NCBI GenBank assembly: GCA_020849035.1
Contig: JADLHC010000085.1
Coordinates: 11,053 to 75,052 of the forward strand
Reading direction: 5' to 3'
Length of the DNA: 64,000 nt
DNA from: Planctomycetia bacterium
GTDB taxonomy: Bacteria > Planctomycetota > MHYJ01 > WSZJ01
Position 1 is the first letter of the stretch, and every line of letters starts with the position of its first letter. Both the position numbers and the translations under genes were made by a program. Under the pieces are notes generated by a model that saw nothing but the letters and a program-made list of their open reading frames with translations, did no database searches and was not told where the DNA came from. Positions 8,752 through 16,397 of this stretch are shown here, piece by piece.

Positions 8752-10200
8752 TTACTGCAGCAGCGTCAGCACCGTCTGCGGAATCAGGTTCGCGCTTCCC
8801 AGCACCGAGACTCCGGCCTGGAAGAGCACCTGCGTCCGCGTGAACTCCGCCGTCTCCGCCGCGAAATCGAGGTCGCGGATGGAGGACTCGGCGGCCGTGA
8901 TGTTCTCGATGGAGACTTCGAGGTTGTTGAGGTTGGGTTCGAGGTTGAAGGACTGGAGGGCGCCGAGGAAGCCGCGGAGGCCGGTGACCTGGCTCACGGC
9001 GGCGTCGATGATCTGGAGGGCGTTGCCCGGGTTGTTGATGAGGTCGTTGGAGCCGCCGGTGAGGAGGGACGAGAGGAAGCCTCCCTCGTTGGTGGAGCTG
9101 CCGGAGGCGGCCGTGGTCAGGACGTCCACGCGGATGTCGAAGCCGAGCTTGGACGCGCTGATGTCGCGGATGCCGAGGGCGATCCGGTCGGTCGGGGAGG
9201 CGGTCTCGTTCACCTGGAACTCGACGCCGGAGTTGGCCACGGTGAGGAAGGTGGCGATGGCTCCCGTCGCCGTGCCGGCGGCGATGTCGAGGCTCGCGTC
9301 GATGTTCCCGCTGTGGATCTCGAAGTGGTTCCCCTTCCCGGTGAAGGTCTGGCCGTCGATGAGCAGCGTGCCGTCCACGCCGGCGGTGCCGGTGTTGGAG
9401 CCGGCCGCGAGCCCCGCGATGGTGCCGGAGAGCAGCTCGATGTTGATGAACTGGTCCTTCCCGAACCCCTCGCTGGCGGCCGTGCCGGCGGCGCTGAAGA
9501 AGACACCCGTCTCCTGGGCGACGGCGTCGATGGCGGCCTGGACGTCCACCGCCGCCGTCGCGGCCGCGAAGGAGATCTCACGGCTTCCCAGCGCGCCCGT
9601 CACGCGGATCGTCGCCGCTCCCGCGGACGCCCCGATCCCCGCGATCGTCCGGCGGGTCGCCGCCGTCGTGTAGTTCGCCGCGAACGTCCGCGACGTCGCC
9701 CCCGGCGCGAACGACACGCGCCGCAGGTCCAGGTTCTGGATCGCTGCATTCTGCGCCGTCACCTGGTAGCCCTTCGTGCCGTTCAGCAGCGAGCCGTCCG
9801 CAAACCTCGTGGTCTGCGCGATCCGGTTGATCGCCGCGACCGCCTGGTCCACGCTCGCCTGCTCCGCCGCGACCTGGTCCGGGCTCGAGGCGCCGGTGTT
9901 GAGCGCAAAGATCGCGCTCTGCCGGATGTCGTTCAGGAGGTCGCTGACCTGCTGAAGCGCCGCGTCCGCCGTCCCGATCATGTTCGTCGCGTTCTGCGTG
10001 TTCTCCGACGCCTGCTTCAGGCCGGAAATCTGGCCGCGAAGCTGCTCGGAAATCACGAGGCCGCTGGGATCGTCGGAAGCGCGGTTGATGCGGAGGCCGG
10101 TGCTGAGCCTCTCGAGGGACGTCTGCTGCGCCTGGTCGGTCGCGCGGAGATTCTTGAGCGCGCGGATCGCGGCCAGGTTCGTGTTGATACGAAGTGTCAT
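8752..10200 (-). CDS. fliC: flagellin
   Basis: The N-terminus MTLRINTNLAAIRALKNLRATDQAQQTSLERLSTGLRINRASDDPSGL and the C-terminus DFAAETAEFTRTQVLFQAGVSVLGSANLIPQTVLTLLQ are canonical flagellin D0/D1. Confidence 0.95.
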   Translation of the reverse strand: MTLRINTNLAAIRALKNLRATDQAQQTSLERLSTGLRINRASDDPSGLVISEQLRGQISGLKQASENTQNATNMIGTADAALQQVSDLLNDIRQSAIFALNTGASSPDQVAAEQASVDQAVAAINRIAQTTRFADGSLLNGTKGYQVTAQNAAIQNLDLRRVSFAPGATSRTFAANYTTAATRRTIAGIGASAGAATIRVTGALGSREISFAAATAAVDVQAAIDAVAQETGVFFSAAGTAASEGFGKDQFINIELLSGTIAGLAAGSNTGTAGVDGTLLIDGQTFTGKGNHFEIHSGNIDASLDIAAGTATGAIATFLTVANSGVEFQVNETASPTDRIALGIRDISASKLGFDIRVDVLTTAASGSSTNEGGFLSSLLTGGSNDLINNPGNALQIIDAAVSQVTGLRGFLGALQSFNLEPNLNNLEVSIENITAAESSIRDLDFAAETAEFTRTQVLFQAGVSVLGSANLIPQTVLTLLQ

Positions 10201-10202
10201 GG

Positions 10203-10243
10203 TTCATCCTCCGTGATGTTATTGTCCCGGGGCATCCATGCCC
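10203..10243 (-). promoter_or_regulatory. fliC 5' leader with two candidate CsrA sites (GGA in a hairpin loop, and GGA overlapping the SD)
   Basis: The minus strand reads GGGCAUGGAUGCCCCGGGACAAUAACAUCACGGAGGAUGAACC-AUG. GGGC/GCCC forms a stem with loop AUGGAU. A second GGA lies inside the SD GGAGGA, 25 nt downstream of the first. Confidence 0.5.
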
Positions 10244-10477
10244 GCAGGTCGCACGACAGGTCGGCCGGTTACTCTCCTTTCGACTCGGGAAGTACCAGCA
10301 GTATACGGACCGGAAGGTGGCTGAAGGAAGCGGAATCCGTCCGGCACCGTCGGAGTCGCTTGCAGGACTCCCTGGAATCGGGCTGTTGAAAGGGATTCAC
10401 GAGGATTTCTGCAAAATCTAAGGCAGTATCCACCGCGGTCTGCGTCTTTTCTTTGTCGCCAGCGCGAGGAGGGCATA

Positions 10478-10972
10478 GTGAGTCGTGAAATTGCCCAACG
10501 TCTGTACGAGGAATTCATGCCGGCAATGTTCGAGCTGGCCGAAGCCATTCTAGGCGATCACGCGGCGGCCGAAGACGCCGTATCCCAGGTATTCACCAGG
10601 ATCCTCGAGGCTGGCGACGGGCTGCCCCGATCACCCGAGAACTACCTGCTCAAGGCAGTTCGAAACGCGTGCACAGACTGCCTCAGACGAGAACAGACGA
10701 GGGAGAAGCGACTTCGCGAGTACGCTGCAGAAGGCGCTCGCGTCAAGGGCGATTCGCCGGAGGTTGCCGAGCGGCGACGCCTGCTTGACAGCACCATGAA
10801 CGAGCTCGCGTCAGAGAAGCGCGAGGTTCTGGTCCTCCACTACAGGCTCGGTCGATCCAGCCGTGAAATCGCGGAGATTCTCTCCCTGCCCGAAAGTACG
10901 GTGGCGTCCAGGTTGCGCCATGCTGTCGAAGAACTTCGCAAGAAACTCGAACGAGTGGAGCAGTTCAAATGA
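10478..10972 (+). CDS. ECF-type RNA polymerase sigma-70 family factor
   Basis: GTG start with AGGAGG 5 nt upstream. Region 2-like segment ILGDHAAAEDAVSQVFTRILE. Region 4 HTH REVLVLHYRLGRSSREIAEILSLPESTVASRLRHAVEELRKKL. Local GC is lower than in the flanks. Confidence 0.85.
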   Translation: MSREIAQRLYEEFMPAMFELAEAILGDHAAAEDAVSQVFTRILEAGDGLPRSPENYLLKAVRNACTDCLRREQTREKRLREYAAEGARVKGDSPEVAERRRLLDSTMNELASEKREVLVLHYRLGRSSREIAEILSLPESTVASRLRHAVEELRKKLERVEQFK

Positions 10973-12420
10973 ACGATGTCGACCCGGTTCAAGCTCTGTT
11001 CCGAGCTGTTCCCTCCCGTCCGATCCCGGAGTCCATGAAGACCATGGCTCTCCTCGTGTCGACCATGGTCGACGCCTCGAATTCGCCCGCAGCGGTGTCA
11101 GAAGAGTCTCAGACTGGTGAGCGTGGCACGGGCGCGGATCTGACTCCCGGTTCCGACGCTGCGAAAGCGGCGTCTTCTCCGCAGACAAGAAGCGGGCGCG
11201 CGTCAGCTGGCGCCGGGGCCATGGCGGTCCTCGGGGCACTTGGAAGTCGCCGTGTCGTGTTAGATGTGGGGAATCAGTTCCGTTCTACCATCCGTCGTCT
11301 GGCGAAGTTGGAGGAGGTCGGTGCCGCCCATGACATGCAGAGGCTGATCGAGGAGGCCTTGCGTTCTCTGCCCGGCTCTACGATCGATCAACTGGAGCGT
11401 CTTGTCGGATCTCAAGTTCAGTTTCTTCCACCGAACCAGGTGGGGGCTGGATTACCGACTTGGGCGCTCAAACTGCTTCGCCGGACGGGATTGCCACAAA
11501 CTCCGGATGATGTGGTGACCGCCGCATGGAGCCTCTCGAGAGAGTTCAACTTCGAGAACAGTGCCCCAAGCAACGCGCCACCCGCCTTCCTAGCGGGTGG
11601 AGCGGCATCAGCGATTGCGGGGGATTTATCCGCCCTCATTCAGAACGCCACCATTCGGCCCGGAACATTCTCTCTCATGACTCGCGCTGCGTGGATCGCC
11701 GCATGCAAGGCGCTGTGCGCGAAGATCGCAAAGGACATGACCAACGCCAACATGGATCCGGGGCTTCAGGGAGCGATCGACAGTTGGGAGGCGAGGTGCG
11801 CGGACGACTGTGATTCCGGTCCCAAGAAGGGGAACACAGCACTCCGACCTCAGCGGGAGAATTCCGAGGGCTTCGATACGAAGAAGAAGTCTGACCCTCA
11901 TCGAGCGGACTTCGATCCCTTCCGGATGCAGACCATCGTTCTGATCGTGCTCCTCGGGATCCTGTTCCTTGCGTTGCTGATCGGGTTGTTGTTTGGGGCA
12001 TTTCTGACGGGGCCCGAAATCGCGATCGGAGGGGGAATTGCCGGGGCCGCTGCGGCGGTTGCCCGAGCTGCCGCGGCCATCATCGTTTTCCTGAAGGGTC
12101 TGCTGGGGGGCGACACGTCGGTAGAAGTTCCCAAGGCGGCAGGCGCGGTCGCCGCAGCCGGTGCCGTCGCAGCAGCGGCCGCCGCGGTTGTGAACGCGAT
12201 CCGCGACTGGTTTGATTCGCTCCTCGGTGCCCCCCCTGCCGGCTCAGGAAGTCCAGGGTCATCGGCGGGCTCCGGACTAGTGGCACCTTCTGGAGGCATG
12301 AGCGGCGGCGCGCCGGGTGGGGGCGGGGCGCGACCGCTCGAAGACTCCGGAGGGCCCGAAGGCGGTTGGATCTGGGAACCCGGTTCGCATCCCGATGGTG
12401 GCAGGTCGCTAGCAAAGTAG
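10969..12420 (+). CDS. hypothetical membrane protein translationally coupled to the ECF sigma (candidate atypical anti-sigma factor)
   Basis: ATGA overlap with the sigma gene stop. About 320 aa of soluble N-terminal region is followed by hydrophobic segments (MQTIVLIVLLGILFLALLIGLLFGAFL and AAAAVARAAAAIIVFLKGLL) and a Gly/Ser/Pro-rich tail. No recognisable zf-HC2 motif. Confidence 0.65.
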   Translation: MNDVDPVQALFRAVPSRPIPESMKTMALLVSTMVDASNSPAAVSEESQTGERGTGADLTPGSDAAKAASSPQTRSGRASAGAGAMAVLGALGSRRVVLDVGNQFRSTIRRLAKLEEVGAAHDMQRLIEEALRSLPGSTIDQLERLVGSQVQFLPPNQVGAGLPTWALKLLRRTGLPQTPDDVVTAAWSLSREFNFENSAPSNAPPAFLAGGAASAIAGDLSALIQNATIRPGTFSLMTRAAWIAACKALCAKIAKDMTNANMDPGLQGAIDSWEARCADDCDSGPKKGNTALRPQRENSEGFDTKKKSDPHRADFDPFRMQTIVLIVLLGILFLALLIGLLFGAFLTGPEIAIGGGIAGAAAAVARAAAAIIVFLKGLLGGDTSVEVPKAAGAVAAAGAVAAAAAAVVNAIRDWFDSLLGAPPAGSGSPGSSAGSGLVAPSGGMSGGAPGGGGARPLEDSGGPEGGWIWEPGSHPDGGRSLAK

Positions 12421-12518
12421 GGGTGTAAGCGAACTCGCATTCCTGCTACCCGGCTGGAGGTTCCCGGGCGAGAAGTGAACCGTGTCGTGGAATCCTCCTG
12501 AAAGGCGGAGGTTCTCTC

Positions 12519-13031
12519 ATGTGTCGCACGAGATGGCTGCCGAAGTCCAAGTTCCTCGCGCCGTTCAGCGTCGCTGAGGAGATGTACCTCTCCATGCTTC
12601 GGGAATTCAAGGCCGGCGCTTTCGCGAAGGCGCTCAAGTCATGCGGCCGCGATGCCAGCTTCTTCCTTCGCTGCCAGCGGCAGCGAGCGGCCACAATACT
12701 CCTGCACAGGTTGTTCACACTTGCCGGTGCGGCCGTACTCCAAACTCGCTTACCTGCCTCTCGAGATCTTGCCCGCCTATTCCTGATTGCTTCAGCGCTG
12801 CCAGGTTTCGGAGGCAGGCCCGATCGTGGTTCTCCAGACACGGCCCTCGCATTGAGACTGTGCTCTCGCGAAGACTACGGTCTGATCTCCCTCTTCGCGG
12901 AGATTATCTGTCTGAACCCGTTCTTCGACAGGGCCTCTACGATGCGGCTGCGCAATCGAGTACTGAAGTCCGGGGCCCAAACCAGGAGCCTGTTGAGTGC
13001 GCTCCGATCCGGCAGAACGGCAAGGAAGTAG
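12519..13031 (+). CDS. hypothetical protein (170 aa)
   Basis: ATG is preceded by GGAGG 7 nt upstream. High GC3 in the first third. The competing minus-strand frame shares the same wobble positions but has an internal TAG and an Arg/Ser-rich, poorly protein-like translation. Confidence 0.4.
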   Translation: MCRTRWLPKSKFLAPFSVAEEMYLSMLREFKAGAFAKALKSCGRDASFFLRCQRQRAATILLHRLFTLAGAAVLQTRLPASRDLARLFLIASALPGFGGRPDRGSPDTALALRLCSREDYGLISLFAEIICLNPFFDRASTMRLRNRVLKSGAQTRSLLSALRSGRTARK

Positions 13032-13133
13032 ATTGGCTTTCGTCGGCAGTGGAAGGGAGGCTCGCGGGTCGAAGACGGTTCGAGGCGGAGCCCAAGGAAG
13101 TGCGGCATCACGGATCTCGCTTCCTGCCCCCTC

Positions 13134-13388
13134 CTACTTCTCGCGCCGTTTGTCCCCGCGTGACAGGCGTTTCTTCAGCAGCTCCGCGGCCGCCGTCACG
13201 TCCTTCGCGTCCGACGCCGCGACGTTCGCGTCGCGCAGGGCGAGCCAGACTTCCTTGCGGTGCACCGAGACCGAGGGCGGCGCGGCGATCCCGAGCTTCA
13301 CCTTGTCGCCCTTCACCTCCAGCACCACGACCTCGATGCCGTCGCCGATGACGATCGCCTCGTCCTTGCCGCGGGTAAGGACTAGCAT
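13134..13388 (-). CDS. csrA: carbon storage regulator / translational repressor CsrA (FliW-partner type with C-terminal extension)
   Basis: [48 protein letters not shown] is near-canonical CsrA. The protein is 84 aa. The start overlaps the fliW stop by 7 nt. Confidence 0.95.
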   Translation of the reverse strand: MLVLTRGKDEAIVIGDGIEVVVLEVKGDKVKLGIAAPPSVSVHRKEVWLALRDANVAASDAKDVTAAAELLKKRLSRGDKRREK

Positions 13389-13822
13389 GGCGTCGGGGCC
13401 CCGAAGACGGGGACGCGGGCGAAGGCGACGGGCTTCGGGAGCACGAGCTGGCGGGCCTGCATGGTGTCGGGGTTGAAGACGAGCGGCCCGAGGAGGTTCG
13501 CGGTCGTGAGCTTCGGGTCGGATGGAACCGTGAGGATCGCGAGCACGAACCCCTTGGCGACGTCGGCGAGCCCGATCGGCGCGAGGTCCTCGGGCTTCAC
13601 CTCGACGCGGTAGTCGGGGGCGAAGAGCATCGGATCGCAGGCGACGAGTGCGAGCTCGGGGCGGTCGGCGGACTGGAGCCACTGGAACGGGGCGCCGCCG
13701 GGGTCGGGGAGGAGGACGAAGCGGGTGGCGCCGGCGAGGCCGGGGAGGCCCAGCGGGAAGGAGTAGATGTCGGCGTCCGCGACCTGGAGGGTGCCGAAGC
13801 GGCGGGTGGTGAGGGTCATCAT
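13382..13822 (-). CDS. fliW: flagellar assembly factor FliW
   Basis: The translation [64 protein letters not shown]...[10 protein letters not shown] is FliW-like. The gene lies immediately upstream of csrA. Confidence 0.9.
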   Translation of the reverse strand: MMTLTTRRFGTLQVADADIYSFPLGLPGLAGATRFVLLPDPGGAPFQWLQSADRPELALVACDPMLFAPDYRVEVKPEDLAPIGLADVAKGFVLAILTVPSDPKLTTANLLGPLVFNPDTMQARQLVLPKPVAFARVPVFGAPTPC

Positions 13823-13847
13823 GGGAGCCGGGCGACCGCGATGGAGT

Positions 13848-13967
13848 GAGGAACGAAAGGAAAAAGGAAGAACGAAAAGGGAAAAACGAAAAGGCCCCCT
13901 GAGAACGTGTTGGCTGGCAGGAGTTTTCGTTTTTCCGTTTTCATTTTTCGTTTTTCGTTTCGTTGCC
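13848..13967. repeat. long imperfect hairpin (about 46-nt arms, about 40 pairs, 26-nt loop), A/G-rich arm versus T/C-rich arm
   Basis: The arm gaggaacgaaaggaaaaaggaagaacgaaaagggaaaaacgaaaagg pairs with gagttttcgtttttccgttttcatttttcgtttttcgtttcgttgcc. It fills the flgL-fliW spacer. Confidence 0.8.
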
Positions 13968-13976
13968 GTCCCTGGC

Positions 13977-16394
13977 TCACCCGAGGTAATCAAACAGCGT
14001 CGTCTGAAGGATCTTTGCCGCGCTCGCCAGGCTCGCCTGCAGCACCGTCTGCTCCTGCGTCAACTTCGTGGCCGCTTCCGCGAGGTCCACGTCCTCCGTC
14101 TCGCTGAGGAGGCCCTGGAAGGTCACCGTCTCGTCCTCGAGGCGGTTCTTCGTGAGCTCGAGGTGGCGGGCGCGGGCGCCGGCCTCGGCGCGGCCGTCGA
14201 GCACGGTGGTGCGGGCGGCGGCGATGCGGTCGGCGGCGGCGGCGATGCGGGAAGGGTCGTTGGAGGTGAGGGCGTCGCGGAGCTGGAGGAGGGCGGTGAA
14301 AACGGACGCGTCGCGCAGGCCGTCGGCGGCCAGCGGGTCCCCGGTCAGCGTCAGCACGGGATCCACGCCGGCGGGGTTCGTCACGGTCTTCGCGATGCCG
14401 AGCATGTCGGCCGCAAAGGAGCCGCCGAGAGCCGTCACGCTGAAGTCGCTTCCGCCGTCCGCGCCGCGGTCCTGGAGGACGAGGGCGGCGGTGGACTCGT
14501 CGGTGAAGGCGATGACGGGAGATCCGAGCGAGACGTTGCCGGCGGCGGTGTTGATGCGGTCCACGATGGCGGCGACGGTGGTCGCGCCGTCGAGGTCCAC
14601 GTCGAACGTCGCGCCGGTCTTGGTGGTGATGCGGAGATCGGGGCCGGCGGAGGTGAGGACGCCGCTGCCCGCGTTGAGCTGCGCGGCGTCCTTGCGGCGG
14701 AGGGAGTCGAGCCAGCCGAGGGTTGAGGCGGTCTCGCCGCCGCCGGTGTTCGTCACACGAAGGTCGCTGCCTGAGAGGATCTGGCGCAGCGACAGCGAGC
14801 GGCCGTCGGGCGCGATCTCGACGGCGGCCTGGACGCCGGCGCCGCGGACGAGGTTTGCGAGGTCCTCGATCGTGAAGGCCGACGCGAGGCTGACGGTCCC
14901 GGCCAGCGTGCCGTTCGTGATCGCGAGGCCGGTCTTGTCGAGGCCGAGGCCGCCGCGGAGCTGGGCGAGCTGCGTGCCCTGGGAGAGGACGGGATCGAGG
15001 TCGGAGCCCGTGACGACGAGCGGCGAGCCGGCGGTGAGGATGCCGAGGAGCGCCGCGCTGTTCCCGCCGCCCTCCTCGGAGACGACGATCGTCCCGGCCG
15101 CGGTGTGAGTGAGCTCGAGGCCGTTGCCCGCGGCGTTCAGCCCCGCGCGGATCGGCAGGCCGGACGTCGCGAAGGCGTTGTTGAAGGAGTCGAGGACGTC
15201 GCCGATGTCCTTTGCGGCGGAGAGGTCGACGACCGCGGACGGCCCGCCCACGCCGTCCTGCACGCGGACGCTGCCGAGCGAAACGCCGAGGCCGCCGCGA
15301 AGCTGGCCGAGCTGCGTCGCGGCCGCGCGGATCTCGAACTGGTCCCCCGCGGCGAACGCGGCGCCGAAGGGCGTGCCGAACGTCAGCGTGCCGGTCGCGG
15401 AGTCGAAATCCGTGACCTGCCGCACGGCGCCGGCGTTCGCGCCGGTCAGGACGCGCAGCTCGAGCGAGTTGTAGGCGTTGTCGCCGTCGCCCGCGAGCGC
15501 CGTCGAGACGAGCGTCCCGGGCCCGGACGCGGCGGTCGCCGCCCCCGCCTTCCCGCCGCGCGTCAACGTCGGGTCGAGGTCCATCCGGACGTCGAACCCC
15601 TCCCCGCCCGCGAACGCCGCCGGGAACGCCGACGCGAACGTGAACGTCCCCGTCGCGCTCGAGAACGCCGTGATCCGCCGCGAAAGCCCCGCGTTCGGGC
15701 CCGTCCGCACGACGAGGTCGAAGCCGGCGTAGGCGTCCGTGCCGTGGCCCGCGAAGCTCGAGTCCGTCAGCGTCCCCGCGCCGGTCGCCGCCGTCGCGCT
15801 CCCGGTCGCCTCCGCCTCCAGCAGCGCCGTCGCGCCCAGCGCGTTCGTCGCCGCCACGTTGTCCGCCGCCGCCAGCGCGTCGCCGAACGAGCGCTGGATC
15901 GCCGCGAGGTCCCCCGCGAACGCCACGCCCCCCGCCGTCGAGACGAACGGCGCGCCGCCCGCCGCGCCGCCGAACACAGCGCGCCCCTCGAACCGCGTGT
16001 TCGCCAGCGCGATCAGCTGGTCGATCATCGCGCCGACCTCCGTCGCCGCCCCCAGCCGCGTCGCCGCCGTCGCCGTCCCCGTCGCCTGCGCCAGCGCGAT
16101 CGTCCGCGCCGAGTCCAGCAGGTCCGACACCGTCCCCAGCGCCGCGTCCGCGTGCCCCAGCCGCGCCGTCGCGTCCGCCACGTTCCTCCCGTACGCCTCG
16201 TTCCGCCCGATCCTCCCCCGGTACCCCAGCGCCAGGCTCGTCCCCGTCGGGTCCACGCTCGGCCGCACCAGCCGCTTCCCCGCCGCCAGCTGTTCCTGGA
16301 TCAGGAGAAGCGACGACTGGCTGCGGAAGAGCCCCTGCAGGATCGCGTCCCGCGAGAGGGCGTTGGTGGTGCGGCCGATGGGGTTGAGGCTCAT
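13977..16394 (-). CDS. flgL: flagellar hook-associated protein 3 (hook-filament junction) FlgL, long form (805 aa)
   Basis: The N-terminus ...LIQEQLAAGKRLVRPSVDPTG...LGHADAALGTVSDLLDSARTIALQ and the C-terminus DVDLAEAATKLTQEQTVLQASLASAAKILQTTLFDYL are flagellin-like. The gene follows flgK. Confidence 0.88.
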   Translation of the reverse strand: MSLNPIGRTTNALSRDAILQGLFRSQSSLLLIQEQLAAGKRLVRPSVDPTGTSLALGYRGRIGRNEAYGRNVADATARLGHADAALGTVSDLLDSARTIALAQATGTATAATRLGAATEVGAMIDQLIALANTRFEGRAVFGGAAGGAPFVSTAGGVAFAGDLAAIQRSFGDALAAADNVAATNALGATALLEAEATGSATAATGAGTLTDSSFAGHGTDAYAGFDLVVRTGPNAGLSRRITAFSSATGTFTFASAFPAAFAGGEGFDVRMDLDPTLTRGGKAGAATAASGPGTLVSTALAGDGDNAYNSLELRVLTGANAGAVRQVTDFDSATGTLTFGTPFGAAFAAGDQFEIRAAATQLGQLRGGLGVSLGSVRVQDGVGGPSAVVDLSAAKDIGDVLDSFNNAFATSGLPIRAGLNAAGNGLELTHTAAGTIVVSEEGGGNSAALLGILTAGSPLVVTGSDLDPVLSQGTQLAQLRGGLGLDKTGLAITNGTLAGTVSLASAFTIEDLANLVRGAGVQAAVEIAPDGRSLSLRQILSGSDLRVTNTGGGETASTLGWLDSLRRKDAAQLNAGSGVLTSAGPDLRITTKTGATFDVDLDGATTVAAIVDRINTAAGNVSLGSPVIAFTDESTAALVLQDRGADGGSDFSVTALGGSFAADMLGIAKTVTNPAGVDPVLTLTGDPLAADGLRDASVFTALLQLRDALTSNDPSRIAAAADRIAAARTTVLDGRAEAGARARHLELTKNRLEDETVTFQGLLSETEDVDLAEAATKLTQEQTVLQASLASAAKILQTTLFDYLG

Positions 16395-16397
16395 GGT

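Noticed and set aside
10244-10330. Sigma-28 (TAAA-N15-GCCGATAA) or sigma-54 (TGGCAC-N5-TTGC) promoter upstream of fliC
   Set aside because: Only partial matches were found: GCCGACCT without a correctly spaced TAAA, and TGGTAC-N5-GAGT without the GC element. These are not sufficient to call a promoter.
5923-10389. 1488-aa plus-strand ORF spanning fliD, flaG and fliC
   Set aside because: It is the antisense shadow frame of well-supported minus-strand flagellar genes. The translation is Arg/Gly/Asp/Pro-rich low complexity with no recognisable domain, which is typical of stop-poor frames in ~70% GC DNA.
12446-13111. Minus-strand ORFs 12446..12841 and 12875..13111 (one frame interrupted by a single TAG) as a pseudogene in the island
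   Set aside because: They share wobble positions with the plus-strand 12519..13031 ORF, so GC3 cannot discriminate between them. The minus translations are Arg/Ser-rich and lack an SD. The plus ORF has a GGAGG SD and a more protein-like sequence. This remains uncertain.
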